Part shown: in pieces, positions 49,211-58,702 of the stretch | How positions within the stretch are numbered: the stretch's first letter is position 1 | Layout: each line of letters opens with the position of its first letter | NCBI GenBank assembly: GCA_028717265.1 | Contig: JAQUOE010000003.1 | Coordinates: 825-64,824, forward strand | Source of the DNA: Actinomycetota bacterium | GTDB lineage: Bacteria; Actinomycetota; Humimicrobiia; Humimicrobiales; Humimicrobiaceae | DNA length: 64,000 nucleotides | Direction: 5' to 3' | Notes under the pieces: generated by a model | What the model was told of the DNA's origin: nothing | The model's database searches: none | The model's input: only the letters and a program-made list of their open reading frames with translations | Translations under genes and position numbers: made by a program

Positions 49211-49552
49211 ATCAAGTTTGAAACACTTAAAAGAAAAAGTGATTTTTCAAGAGTAGTAAAAAAAGGTTCATGTAAAAGAGATAAATATTTAACTTTATAT
49301 ATATTCAAAAAAGCAGAAGTTCGTGGACCCGTAAGAATCGGATTAGGAGTAAGTAAAAAAATAGGCGGAGCCGTTCTAAGAAATAGAATTAAAAGAGTGT
49401 TAAGAGAAGCTTTAAGAAAAGTTGAAATAGAAAGTTGCAATAATTTAGATGTTTTAATTGTGGCTAAACCGGCCATCACCACCGCAAGCTTAATGGAAAT
49501 AAAGAAGATACTGGAAAAGACTTTGACGTCGTTTCTTACCGGCCAACCGTAA
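49211..49552 (+). CDS. rnpA: Ribonuclease P protein component; no canonical start codon in frame
   Basis: Open frame 49196-49552: ...KFETLKRKSDFSRVVKKG...RIGLGVSKKIGGAVLRNRIKRVLREA...LDVLIVAKP; RNR motif intact; in-frame TGA at 49193-49195 immediately upstream. Confidence 0.88.
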   Translation: MKFETLKRKSDFSRVVKKGSCKRDKYLTLYIFKKAEVRGPVRIGLGVSKKIGGAVLRNRIKRVLREALRKVEIESCNNLDVLIVAKPAITTASLMEIKKILEKTLTSFLTGQP

Positions 49553-49577
49553 ATAATAATCTATCAATTGTTTAATC

Positions 49578-49787
49578 GTGAAAAAAATACTGATTATTTT
49601 AATTAAGTTTTATAAAAAATATATCTCACCCGTATTACCAAAAAGTTGCAGGTTCTACCCTACCTGTTCTGAATATGCAATCGGCGCCATTAGTAAATAT
49701 GGTGTATTTAAAGGTAGTATTAAATCAATGTATAGAATTTTAAGATGTAACCCCTTCAATAAAGGCGGATATGATCCTGTAAAGTAA
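49578..49787 (+). CDS. yidD: Membrane protein insertion efficiency factor YidD
   Basis: [33 protein letters not shown]. Confidence 0.96.
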   Translation: MKKILIILIKFYKKYISPVLPKSCRFYPTCSEYAIGAISKYGVFKGSIKSMYRILRCNPFNKGGYDPVK

Positions 49788-49795
49788 AAGAAAGG

Positions 49796-50662
49796 TTGAT
49801 TAAATTGAATCAAATATTAGAGTTGTTACGGCCCATACAGAGCGGAATAGAGTACATAATCATATTTTTATATAATCACATAATTGCAAATTATGGAATA
49901 GTAATAATACTGCTGACTATCATAGTAAGAATAGTCCTTGTCCCCCTTACCATAAGCCAGACAAGGTCGATGGCAAAAATGCAGAAAATACAACCGGAGA
50001 TTAAAGAACTACAAAAAAAATATAAAGATGACAAGCAAAAGCTGCAACAGGAGACAATGGAATTTTATAAGAAAAATAATGTTAATCCGCTGGCAGGATG
50101 CTTGCCCCTACTCTTTCAAATGCCTGTATTTTTTGCGTTGTTCCAGGCACTCCGTAACCCCTCCGGAATTGTAACAAACGTGCTGGGAAGTTTCAACCTG
50201 GAGGGTGTTGCCAACAGTATGAATATAGGATTGGCAGGAATTCGGTCTGCTGCGGAATTTAGCCTGACAGGTGCCGTGAATCCTAATTATAATTTCTTGT
50301 GGATGAATTTAAATAAAATGGATCCTTATTTCATCCTGGTAATTCTAATGGTTGCTACAATGTTTCTGTCAATGAAGATGACGACAACGGACGCCAATCA
50401 GTCAAAGATTATGTTTGTAATGCCCTTAGTATTTGGATTTATATCCTGGCAATTCCCATCGGGTATATTGATATACTGGGTAACAACAAACGCATGGTCA
50501 ATTGGCCAGCAGTGGCTTGTAAATAGACTTGTTAAAAAAGAAAAAGTAAAAGAGGAACTAAAAAAGGAAAAAGCGAGTCTTGCGGGAAGCGTCGAAATAA
50601 GTGAAGAAGAAAAGAAATCAATAAGAAGAAAATTAAAAAAGAAAAGAAAAAAGAAAAGATAA
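49796..50662 (+). CDS. yidC: Membrane protein insertase YidC (short, monoderm type)
   Basis: YGIVIILLTIIVR, KIQPEIKELQKKY, NPLAGCLP, FPSGILIYW. Confidence 0.95.
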   Translation: MIKLNQILELLRPIQSGIEYIIIFLYNHIIANYGIVIILLTIIVRIVLVPLTISQTRSMAKMQKIQPEIKELQKKYKDDKQKLQQETMEFYKKNNVNPLAGCLPLLFQMPVFFALFQALRNPSGIVTNVLGSFNLEGVANSMNIGLAGIRSAAEFSLTGAVNPNYNFLWMNLNKMDPYFILVILMVATMFLSMKMTTTDANQSKIMFVMPLVFGFISWQFPSGILIYWVTTNAWSIGQQWLVNRLVKKEKVKEELKKEKASLAGSVEISEEEKKSIRRKLKKKRKKKR

Positions 50663-50688
50663 TACTTATATCTCAGGAGGTATTGTAA

Positions 50689-51273
50689 ATGACCGAAGAT
50701 AAAAGTATAAAAGATGCTGTAAATTCATTTGTGGAATCACTGGAGGAAGAACAAAAAAGAAACAGGTTGATAGAAAACACTCCTAAAAGCATAGTGAAAA
50801 ATAAAGACATAGAGAATGATGGACTTGAAAAAATAAAAGGGGTTTTAAAAAGAATATTAAAATTCATATGTCCGGACGAAGAGGTAAAAATTGAAGCAGA
50901 TTTGGCAGAACTAAGGTTATCGGTAAAGGGAGAAGATCTGGGAGCCGCCATAGGCCGGGACGGGAAGAACATACAGGCACTTGAGTATATAATAAACTTG
51001 ATTGGGAAGAGAAAAAAATTTGTAGATAGAAATATAATAATAGATATAAAAGATTATAGAAAAAAAAGAATTAATGGGATAAAAAAAACTGCTATATTTA
51101 TGGCAAAAAAAGCAATTAACGAAGGAAGAAAAATAGCATTAAAACCGATGGATTCTTACGAGAGGAAAATAATACATAATCTGCTTGCGGAATTCAACAA
51201 TGTGACAACAAGAAGCAGATACGATGAACCGAACAGAAGAATAATAATTTATCCAATAAAAAGCAGTAAATAG
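50689..51273 (+). CDS. jag: Jag/KhpB (EloR) KH+R3H RNA-binding protein, lacking a recognisable Jag_N domain
   Basis: IGRDGKNIQALEY (KH GxxG), LKPMDSYERKIIH (R3H), EPNRRIII. Confidence 0.9.
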   Translation: MTEDKSIKDAVNSFVESLEEEQKRNRLIENTPKSIVKNKDIENDGLEKIKGVLKRILKFICPDEEVKIEADLAELRLSVKGEDLGAAIGRDGKNIQALEYIINLIGKRKKFVDRNIIIDIKDYRKKRINGIKKTAIFMAKKAINEGRKIALKPMDSYERKIIHNLLAEFNNVTTRSRYDEPNRRIIIYPIKSSK

Positions 51274-51298
51274 AAAGCAAAGCGATTATAAAAAATAG

Positions 51299-51327
51299 AA
51301 AATGGCACCGGAGTGTGCCATTTTTTT
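51299..51327 (+). terminator. Intrinsic terminator after jag
   Basis: AAAATGGCAC-cggagt-GTGCCATTTTTTT. Confidence 0.8.
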
Positions 51328-51412
51328 ATTGGTTTTATTTTTGAATAAATATAAATATTAAATATAATAAGAATCAGAAATTTTAAAAGTGCCATAAGAG
51401 ACAGGTGCAAAG

Positions 51413-52801
51413 ATGGAAGCCGAAATAAACGATACCATAGTAGCCGTAGGAACAAGAGCAGGTGAAGCAGCGATTGGCATAGTCAAATTAAGCGGAAGCA
51501 GGTCAATTTTTATTGCCGATAAGATATTTAAATCAAAAAATAAAAAGAAGATCAAAGATATTAATACATACAGTATGATTTACGGACATATTGTTGATAA
51601 TGAAGGCCATTTAATTGATGAAGTAATTGTTACGGTAATGAAAAACCCCGGTTCATATACCCGGGAAGATGTTGTAGAGATAAACTGTCACGGGGGAATA
51701 ATTGCCACTACTAAAACAATGGAATTATGTATTGAGAACGGTGCAAGAATAGCAGATCCGGGAGAATTTACAAAAAGAGCTTTTTTAAACGGAAGAATAG
51801 ATTTATCACAGGCAGAAGCAGTTATTGATCTGGTAAGATCCAGAACGGAACAGAGCCTGAGGCTCGCAGCGAAAAATTTACGGGGCAATATAAAAGAAGA
51901 AATAAATAGACTGAGAAAAAATCTTTTCGATATACGCGTAAAACTGGAAGCCCGGGTAGACTTTATCGAAGAAGATCTGGAAGTAACGCCATATCAGGAA
52001 ATAACAAAAGAGATAATAAAAATAAGAGCAGAACTTGAAGAATTGATAATGAACGAAAAAAAAGGAGAGATTATAAAGAATGGTGTAAAAATCGCGATTA
52101 TAGGGAAACCGAATGTAGGAAAATCAAGTCTGCTGAATTTGCTCTCCAGGAAAGAAAAAGCAATAGTGACTCCAATTCCCGGAACGACGAGAGATGCAGT
52201 AGAAGAAATATTGTATGTCGAGGGAATACCGCTAATCCTTATTGATACAGCAGGGATAAGAAAAACAAGAAGTACGATAGAAAAGATAGGAGTAGATAAG
52301 AGTTTGAAACATATCGACGAAGCTGAATTGATTTTACTGGTACTTGATGGAAACAGGAAATTAGAACAAATTGATTTGCAAATAATAAATAAAATAAAAG
52401 GGAAAAGCATTATTTGTTGTATAAATAAGATTGATTTAAAACAAAAGTTGGAAGTAGAAAGAATCAGGAATTATTTTAGTGAAAAATATATTATAAAAAT
52501 TTCTGCATTAAAAGGAAAAGGAATTAAGAAGTTAGAGAATAAAATAAAATATGTGATATTGGGTAAAGGGGATATTGACCTGGAAGAAAAAATAATTATT
52601 AACAGCAGGCATAAAGAGAAATTAGAAGAAGTAAAAAAATCTTTGAATAGAGCAGTGGAAGCAGTAGAAAATAAAATGTCCGAAGAATTTCCTTCCTATG
52701 ATTTAAAGACTGCATTTGAACTGCTGGGAGAGATAATAGGCGAAACCGCAAGAGAGGATATTCTGGAAAAAATATTCAGCCAATTCTGCATAGGGAAATA
52801 A
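51413..52801 (+). CDS. mnmE: tRNA modification GTPase MnmE (TrmE)
   Basis: DTIVA, SYTREDVVEINCHG, GEFTKRAFLNGRIDL, GKPNVGKSS, PGTTRD, DTAGIR, FSQFCIGK. Confidence 0.97.
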   Translation: MEAEINDTIVAVGTRAGEAAIGIVKLSGSRSIFIADKIFKSKNKKKIKDINTYSMIYGHIVDNEGHLIDEVIVTVMKNPGSYTREDVVEINCHGGIIATTKTMELCIENGARIADPGEFTKRAFLNGRIDLSQAEAVIDLVRSRTEQSLRLAAKNLRGNIKEEINRLRKNLFDIRVKLEARVDFIEEDLEVTPYQEITKEIIKIRAELEELIMNEKKGEIIKNGVKIAIIGKPNVGKSSLLNLLSRKEKAIVTPIPGTTRDAVEEILYVEGIPLILIDTAGIRKTRSTIEKIGVDKSLKHIDEAELILLVLDGNRKLEQIDLQIINKIKGKSIICCINKIDLKQKLEVERIRNYFSEKYIIKISALKGKGIKKLENKIKYVILGKGDIDLEEKIIINSRHKEKLEEVKKSLNRAVEAVENKMSEEFPSYDLKTAFELLGEIIGETAREDILEKIFSQFCIGK

Positions 52802-52840
52802 AGTGTCAAAAAACAATAAAATAAGGATATTTGGCGAAAA

Positions 52841-52856
52841 TGTTTCACGTGAAACA
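52841..52856. promoter_or_regulatory. parS centromere site 1
   Basis: Perfect TGTTTCACGTGAAACA. Confidence 0.95.
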
Positions 52857-52872
52857 TTTATAATATTTAGAT

Positions 52873-54294
52873 ATGCGAGTAAAAATAAAAGAAGAAAATA
52901 TATATGATGCAGTGGTAATAGGAGCCGGACATGCGGGTTGTGAGGCAGCTTTAAGTTCTGCAAGAAATGGTTCCAGAACTCTACTTGTATCAATAAATAT
53001 GGATAGTATAGCTATAATGCCATATGGAAGCACCGTGGGAGGTACCGAAAAGAGCAAGTTACTAAGAGAAGTAGATATACTGGGCGGAGAAATATCAAAA
53101 AATATAGATAAAACCTTTATCCATCTTAAAGAACTAAAGAATACGAAGAGCAGAGCAAGTACAGCCTTTCAGGCAGTAGTTGATCGCAGAGAGTATTCTC
53201 TTTCAATGAAAGAAGTATTGGAGAGACAAAGTAATTTGGATTTAAGGCAGGGGCTCGCGACAAATATAAAAGAAGATAAAAGCGGATATTGCTTATACAC
53301 AAGTGACGGGATTGTGTATTCCTGCAGATCGATCGTCATATGCACAGGTACTTTCCTCAAAGCCAGAATTTTCTGGGGCGATTATATGATAGAAGCGGGG
53401 AGGCAGGGCGAAATATGTTCAAAAAAGCTGTTAGAGGGTTTAAAAAATCTTGGTTTCAGGTTCGGGAAGCTAAAAAATTATACCGCCCCCATAGTGGATA
53501 AAAAATCAATTGATTTGAATAATCTGAAAAAGCAGCAATATAGCAGGAAGAAATGGACATTTTCATATGAATGTAATTTTAAAAATAGAGAGCAAATTTA
53601 TTATTATACGACTTATATCAATAAAGATTTTTCCAGATTTTTAAAGAGTCATTCTGTTAATGTAAAAGATAATGGAATCAGTAATTATTTGGATATAGCA
53701 GAAGATGCTCTTTCATTAAAAGATAGATTATTAAAAAAAGAAGATATCGAGGGCATAGAAATATCAATAAAACCGTTGGGGAGAGATACAAAAGAGGCAT
53801 ATCTAAATGGTTTTGAAACTGCAGCATCGGAAGAGTTACAGGTCGAAATGTTAAGAAAAATAAAAAGTTTTGAAGATGTGGAAATAACCAGACCCGGTTA
53901 TGGAATAGAATATTATTATTTGCTCCCCTGTCAAATAAAAAGCAATCTGGAAAGTAAAACCTTTAATAAATTTTTTTTCGCCGGCCAGGTAAACGGAACT
54001 ACCGGTTACGAAGAGTCTGCTGCGCAGGGACTAATTGCAGGGATAAATGCTTCCAGAGAAGCTAAAAACCTTGCCAGTATTGTTATAAATAGGGAAGATG
54101 GATATATTGGGAAGTTGATAAACAGCCTGACAGAAAAGGAATCAAAAAAGCTGGACAGCGTAAGATTAACGATAAATGATAAAGATTTTTACAGTGATGA
54201 TTCCCACGATATGAATAAAATGGTAAAGATTTTATTAAATATGGGCTCTGATGAAAAAGCAGAAAAAATTATGCGAAATATAATTAATAAATAA
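52873..54294 (+). CDS. Divergent, C-terminally truncated MnmG/GidA paralog (FAD-dependent)
   Basis: GAGHAGCEAA and FAGQVNGTTGYEESAAQG retained; MPCNPS replaced by MPYGST; GPRxCPS absent; 473 aa versus 626 aa for the neighbour. Confidence 0.85.
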   Translation: MRVKIKEENIYDAVVIGAGHAGCEAALSSARNGSRTLLVSINMDSIAIMPYGSTVGGTEKSKLLREVDILGGEISKNIDKTFIHLKELKNTKSRASTAFQAVVDRREYSLSMKEVLERQSNLDLRQGLATNIKEDKSGYCLYTSDGIVYSCRSIVICTGTFLKARIFWGDYMIEAGRQGEICSKKLLEGLKNLGFRFGKLKNYTAPIVDKKSIDLNNLKKQQYSRKKWTFSYECNFKNREQIYYYTTYINKDFSRFLKSHSVNVKDNGISNYLDIAEDALSLKDRLLKKEDIEGIEISIKPLGRDTKEAYLNGFETAASEELQVEMLRKIKSFEDVEITRPGYGIEYYYLLPCQIKSNLESKTFNKFFFAGQVNGTTGYEESAAQGLIAGINASREAKNLASIVINREDGYIGKLINSLTEKESKKLDSVRLTINDKDFYSDDSHDMNKMVKILLNMGSDEKAEKIMRNIINK

Positions 54295-54297
54295 CGA

Positions 54298-54313
54298 TGT
54301 TTCACGTGAAACA
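54298..54313. promoter_or_regulatory. parS centromere site 2
   Basis: Perfect TGTTTCACGTGAAACA within an extended 32-bp palindrome (54290-54321). Confidence 0.95.
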
Positions 54314-54339
54314 TCGTTATTATTTTATGGATATATCAA

Positions 54340-56220
54340 GTGGAAGAAATGAAATATGACATAATAGTCGCAGGTGCCGGGCATGCGGGTTGCGAAGCGG
54401 CACTGGCATCTGCAAAATTGGGTTTAAAAACTATACTGCTGACAATTAATGTTGATAAAATTGCTTTAATGCCCTGTAATCCATCAATAGGAGGATTGGG
54501 AAAAAGTCAGCTGGTCAGGGAACTGGATGCGCTTGGTGGACAGATGGCAAAGACAGCTGATAATACTTTAATTCAGATAAAGGTGCTGAACAGAAGCAAG
54601 GGTCCGGCAGTCCAGGCCCTGAGGGCCCAGATAGATAAAAAAGAATATGAAATCGAGATGAAGAGAATACTTGAAAATACTCAGAATTTAACTCTGAGAC
54701 AGGGGACAATAAATAAAATACTTGTTAAAAATAGCAAGGTATTTGGGATTGAAACAGAAAGCGGCTTAATTTTCAGGAGCGAAGCAGTAGTAATTACCGC
54801 CGGTACTTTTTTAAGAGGAAGAATAATAATAGGAGAAAAAGATTATAAAGCCGGACGGATGGGGGAATATCCCGCAATGAATTTAACAAGGAACTTAATT
54901 GACCTTAATTTTAATATAGGCAGATTTCAGACGGCTACTCCTCCGAGGATCGATAAAAGAACAATTGATTTCTCTAAAACAATTGTTCAATATGGAGACA
55001 GAGAACCTTTAAGCTTTTCATTCTGGGATGAAGAAAAGATATACGAAAATATTGATTGCTATCTTACCTATACGAATAAGAAAACCCATAAAATTATTGC
55101 ACAAAATATAGAGAAATCTCCTATAAGATCCGGCATGGTTGATACCCACGGACCAAGGCACTGCCCTTCCATAGATAGAAAAGTTATAAATTTTCCCGGG
55201 AAAAAAAGGCACCCCGTTTTTATTGAACCGGAAGGTGCGCACACCGGTGAAATGTATCTACAGGGACTTACGACAAGTATGCCCGCAGAAATACAGCAAA
55301 AAATAGTAAATAGTGTTGAAGGATTGGAAAATGCCAGAATAATAAGGCCCGGTTATGCAGTAGAGTATGATTATGTGATTCCGAATCAACTGAATTTTAC
55401 TCTGGAATCGAAAAATATAGAAAATTTATATTTTGCGGGGCAGATAAATGGCACTTCAGGGTATGAAGAGGCAGCGGCTCAGGGTCTTATTGCCGGAATA
55501 AATGCGGCACTCAAGGTCCAGGGCAGATCACATATGGTACTGACCAGAGATACCAGCTATATAGGAGTTTTAATAGACGATCTTCTTACTAAAGATCTTA
55601 TAGAACCTTACAGGATGTATACTTCCAGAGCGGAATACAGGCTAATATTACGATCCGATAATGCTGATATACGGTTGTGTGGATTGGGTAACAGTATAGG
55701 GCTAATAACAGATTGTCAGTATGAGAAAGTAAGAAGGAAGGAAGAAAAAACAAATAAATTGGTATCAAAATTACAGAATATTATTTTGAATCCGGATAAA
55801 AAGAATAACGAAATACTTAAAAAGATCGGAACAAGCTCCATCGACACCCCTTTAAATATTTATAAACTTTTAAAAAGACCTGAAATCAGAATTTATGATT
55901 TGGTGGATTATTTTATTGGTAAAAGAAGCCGCTACGATAAGGGGGTGCTTGAGCAGGCAGAAACCAGAATAAAATACGAAGGTTATATAAACCGGCAGCT
56001 GGCAGAAATTAAAAAATTAGGGGATCTGGAAAGATATTATCTTTTACCGAATCTGGACTATTTTAAAATAATAGGTTTGACTTACGAAGCGCAGGAGAAA
56101 CTAACAAAAATTAAACCAAATACTCTTGGCCAGGCTTCAAGGATCGCAGGAGTATCACCAGCAGATATATCAATACTAATGTTAAATCTAAAAGGTAGAT
56201 CGAAGAAGGTATTTAATTGA
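54340..56220 (+). CDS. mnmG: tRNA uridine-5-carboxymethylaminomethyl(34) synthesis enzyme MnmG
   Basis: GAGHAG, MPCNPSIGG, NRSKGPAV, GPRHCPSI, GYAVEYD, GQINGTSGYEEAAAQG, YRMYTSRAEYR, QASRIAGVSPAD. Confidence 0.97.
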   Translation: MEEMKYDIIVAGAGHAGCEAALASAKLGLKTILLTINVDKIALMPCNPSIGGLGKSQLVRELDALGGQMAKTADNTLIQIKVLNRSKGPAVQALRAQIDKKEYEIEMKRILENTQNLTLRQGTINKILVKNSKVFGIETESGLIFRSEAVVITAGTFLRGRIIIGEKDYKAGRMGEYPAMNLTRNLIDLNFNIGRFQTATPPRIDKRTIDFSKTIVQYGDREPLSFSFWDEEKIYENIDCYLTYTNKKTHKIIAQNIEKSPIRSGMVDTHGPRHCPSIDRKVINFPGKKRHPVFIEPEGAHTGEMYLQGLTTSMPAEIQQKIVNSVEGLENARIIRPGYAVEYDYVIPNQLNFTLESKNIENLYFAGQINGTSGYEEAAAQGLIAGINAALKVQGRSHMVLTRDTSYIGVLIDDLLTKDLIEPYRMYTSRAEYRLILRSDNADIRLCGLGNSIGLITDCQYEKVRRKEEKTNKLVSKLQNIILNPDKKNNEILKKIGTSSIDTPLNIYKLLKRPEIRIYDLVDYFIGKRSRYDKGVLEQAETRIKYEGYINRQLAEIKKLGDLERYYLLPNLDYFKIIGLTYEAQEKLTKIKPNTLGQASRIAGVSPADISILMLNLKGRSKKVFN

Positions 56221-56951
56221 ATGCTTCCTGTATTTTAAGAGAATCACTCGCAGATTTTGGCATCGGCTTTTCTCAGGACCGTGTCGGGATACTGGAAAAA
56301 TACTTGAATCTAGTTTATGAATATAATCAGAAATTCAATCTTATTGGCACAAAGGATAAAAAGGGGATACTTATAAGACATGTCCTGGATTCTATATCAA
56401 TACTTAAATATGAAAAGATGATTTTCAATAATGGGGATCAAGTGCGGAAAGTACTGGATTTAGGAACGGGCGCAGGACTACCGGGGGCGCTTTTGTCTAT
56501 TTTTTTAAAGGATAAAACATTTTACCTTCTGGATAAAACATTAAAAAAAATCAACTTCTTAAATATGATGGTAGAGAAATTAGGATTTAAAAATGTCAGG
56601 GTTATTAGAGGCAGAGCAGAAGAACTGGGCAACGAAGCCCAATATAGAGAAACTTTTGATATAGTTCTGGCGAGAGCGGTTGCCAGTTTAAATATTTTAA
56701 GCGAATTAACAATTCCATTTTGTAGAATAAATGGTAAAATTATATTTTATAAGAGTAAAAAAATATTCTCCGAACTGGAAAGCAACAGGGAAGTTATCCC
56801 GAAATTAGGAGGGAAGGTAGATAATTTGTTAGAGGTGGAGGTCCCTTATTTAAATGAATACAGGACTTTTCTGGTAATAAAGAAAGTATTTAAATCTCCG
56901 GTAATATATCCACGAACTTACAATAAAATAATTAAGAAGCCGTTGCAGTAA
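56217..56951 (+). CDS. rsmG: 16S rRNA m7G527 methyltransferase RsmG (GidB)
   Basis: NQKFNL, HVLDS, DLGTGAGLPG, RAEE, ARAVA. Confidence 0.95.
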   Translation: MNASCILRESLADFGIGFSQDRVGILEKYLNLVYEYNQKFNLIGTKDKKGILIRHVLDSISILKYEKMIFNNGDQVRKVLDLGTGAGLPGALLSIFLKDKTFYLLDKTLKKINFLNMMVEKLGFKNVRVIRGRAEELGNEAQYRETFDIVLARAVASLNILSELTIPFCRINGKIIFYKSKKIFSELESNREVIPKLGGKVDNLLEVEVPYLNEYRTFLVIKKVFKSPVIYPRTYNKIIKKPLQ

Positions 56952-57012
56952 TATATCATTTGTTTTATTATGTAATTGTGCAAATGATTATATACATTAA
57001 ATTAGTAAACAG

Positions 57013-57849
57013 GTGATCTACAAATTGAAATTTTTTGATATGATAATAAAAAATAAAAAACAGGACGAAACGGTAAATAAAAAACGGTTGAGCAGAATAA
57101 TTGCTTTTACAAATCAAAAAGGTGGTGTGGGTAAAAGCACAACAGCAGTAAACGTATCTGCATATTTAAGCTCTTACGGCTACAAAACTTTACTTATAGA
57201 TCTTGATCCGCAGAGTAATTCAACAAGCGGTCTCGGCGTAAATCCATCGAATGTAAAACAGTCAATATACGATATATTGATTCATGATAACGAACCGGAT
57301 GAAATAATTATAGATACCTCATATAAAAATCTAAGGCTTCTTCCATCTTCAATACAGCTTGCAGGAGCAGAAGTCGAGCTGGTTTCAAGTCTGAAAAGAG
57401 AGTTTAGATTGAAAGAAGCCATAATTAAGATTGAAAAAGATTACGATTTCATACTTATCGATTGTCCGCCGGCGCTGGGGCTTTTGACTATTAATGCATT
57501 AACAGCGGCCAGAGAGGTTATTATACCAATACAATGCGAGTATTATGCACTTGAAGGGCTTGGTCAACTTTTGAATACAATAAATCTGGTTAAAAAAAAT
57601 CTTAATGATGGCTTGAAAATAAAGGGAGCTATAATGACCATGTATGATCCAAGAATAAAACTTGCAGAGCAGGTCATAGAGGAAGTTAAAAATTATTTCT
57701 CGGAAAAAGTATATAAGACAGTGATCCCAAGAAACGTGAGGTTGAGTGAAGCCCCCAGTTACGGCAAACCCATAATAGATTATGATCCTCATTGCAAAGG
57801 GGCAGAAGCTTACAACAATTTTACAAAGGAAGTGATTGAAAATGGCTAA
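57013..57849 (+). CDS. parA: Chromosome partitioning ATPase ParA/Soj (start may be slightly downstream)
   Basis: NQKGGVGKSTTAVN, DLDPQSN, IDCPPALG, PIQCEYYALEG, IPRNVRLSEAPS. Confidence 0.96.
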   Translation: MIYKLKFFDMIIKNKKQDETVNKKRLSRIIAFTNQKGGVGKSTTAVNVSAYLSSYGYKTLLIDLDPQSNSTSGLGVNPSNVKQSIYDILIHDNEPDEIIIDTSYKNLRLLPSSIQLAGAEVELVSSLKREFRLKEAIIKIEKDYDFILIDCPPALGLLTINALTAAREVIIPIQCEYYALEGLGQLLNTINLVKKNLNDGLKIKGAIMTMYDPRIKLAEQVIEEVKNYFSEKVYKTVIPRNVRLSEAPSYGKPIIDYDPHCKGAEAYNNFTKEVIENG

Positions 57850-58702
57850 AAGAGGTTTAGGCAGGGGACTTAGTGCTTTAATTCCAAGCATAGACAAATC
57901 TTTAGAAGGTGAATCAAATACAATAGTTGAACTGCCATTGGATAAGATTATCCCAAACAAAAATCAGCCCAGGAGAAGGTTTGACGATGAATCACTTGCT
58001 GAGCTTTCCGAATCAATAAAGGAATTTGGGGTCATCCAGCCCATAGTTGTGAGAAGATTGGGTGAAGAAGAAAAATATGAAATTGTTACCGGAGAGAGAA
58101 GATACAGGGCCACTAAAAAGATTGGTGTTAATACAATTCCTTCTATAGTAGTTAAAGATATTGATGATATATCTTCCCTCGAAATGGCTCTTATTGAAAA
58201 CATACACAGGGACAACTTAAGCCCCATGGAGAAGGCTCATACGTTCAAACAACTAATAGATGAATTTAAGATGACTCATGACCAGCTTTCAAAAAGAGTT
58301 GGAAAAAGCAGGGTAACAATAACAAACTTATTGAGATTGATCTCTCTTCCGCTTGAAATCCAAAAATTGATAAACGAAGGAATGATAAGCGAGGGACATG
58401 CGAGATCAATACTGGCAATAGATGGGGAAGAGGAAAGGCTAAAAATCGCAAATCTCATAATAAAAAACGACCTCAGTGTAAGAGATGTAGAAAAAATAGC
58501 AGTTAAGAAAAAAGAAACAGCCGAAGGTAAAAAGGATAAAAAAGTATTGCAGTTAAGTAAATTTCCCGAAATATCTCAGAAATTATCCGAGCAATTGAAT
58601 GCTCCCGTTAAAGTATCGATGAGTAAAAAAAAGGGAAAAATCGTAATAGAGTTTGGCTCCATTAGAGATCTTGAAAGAATTGTGAGTAGAATTGTCCAGT
58701 AG
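57836..58702 (+). CDS. parB: Chromosome partitioning protein ParB/Spo0J
   Basis: PNKNQPRR, GVIQPIVVR, GERRYRA, ALIENIHR, HTH GKSRVTITNLLRL. Confidence 0.96.
   Translation: MKMAKRGLGRGLSALIPSIDKSLEGESNTIVELPLDKIIPNKNQPRRRFDDESLAELSESIKEFGVIQPIVVRRLGEEEKYEIVTGERRYRATKKIGVNTIPSIVVKDIDDISSLEMALIENIHRDNLSPMEKAHTFKQLIDEFKMTHDQLSKRVGKSRVTITNLLRLISLPLEIQKLINEGMISEGHARSILAIDGEEERLKIANLIIKNDLSVRDVEKIAVKKKETAEGKKDKKVLQLSKFPEISQKLSEQLNAPVKVSMSKKKGKIVIEFGSIRDLERIVSRIVQ

Noticed and set aside
49186-49482. 98-aa minus-strand ORF
   Set aside because: Antisense shadow of rnpA
52873-54294. Assigning the MnmG paralog as TrmFO
   Set aside because: Motifs (GHAGCEAA, GQVNGTTGYEE) are MnmG-type rather than TrmFO-type (GQITGVEGY)
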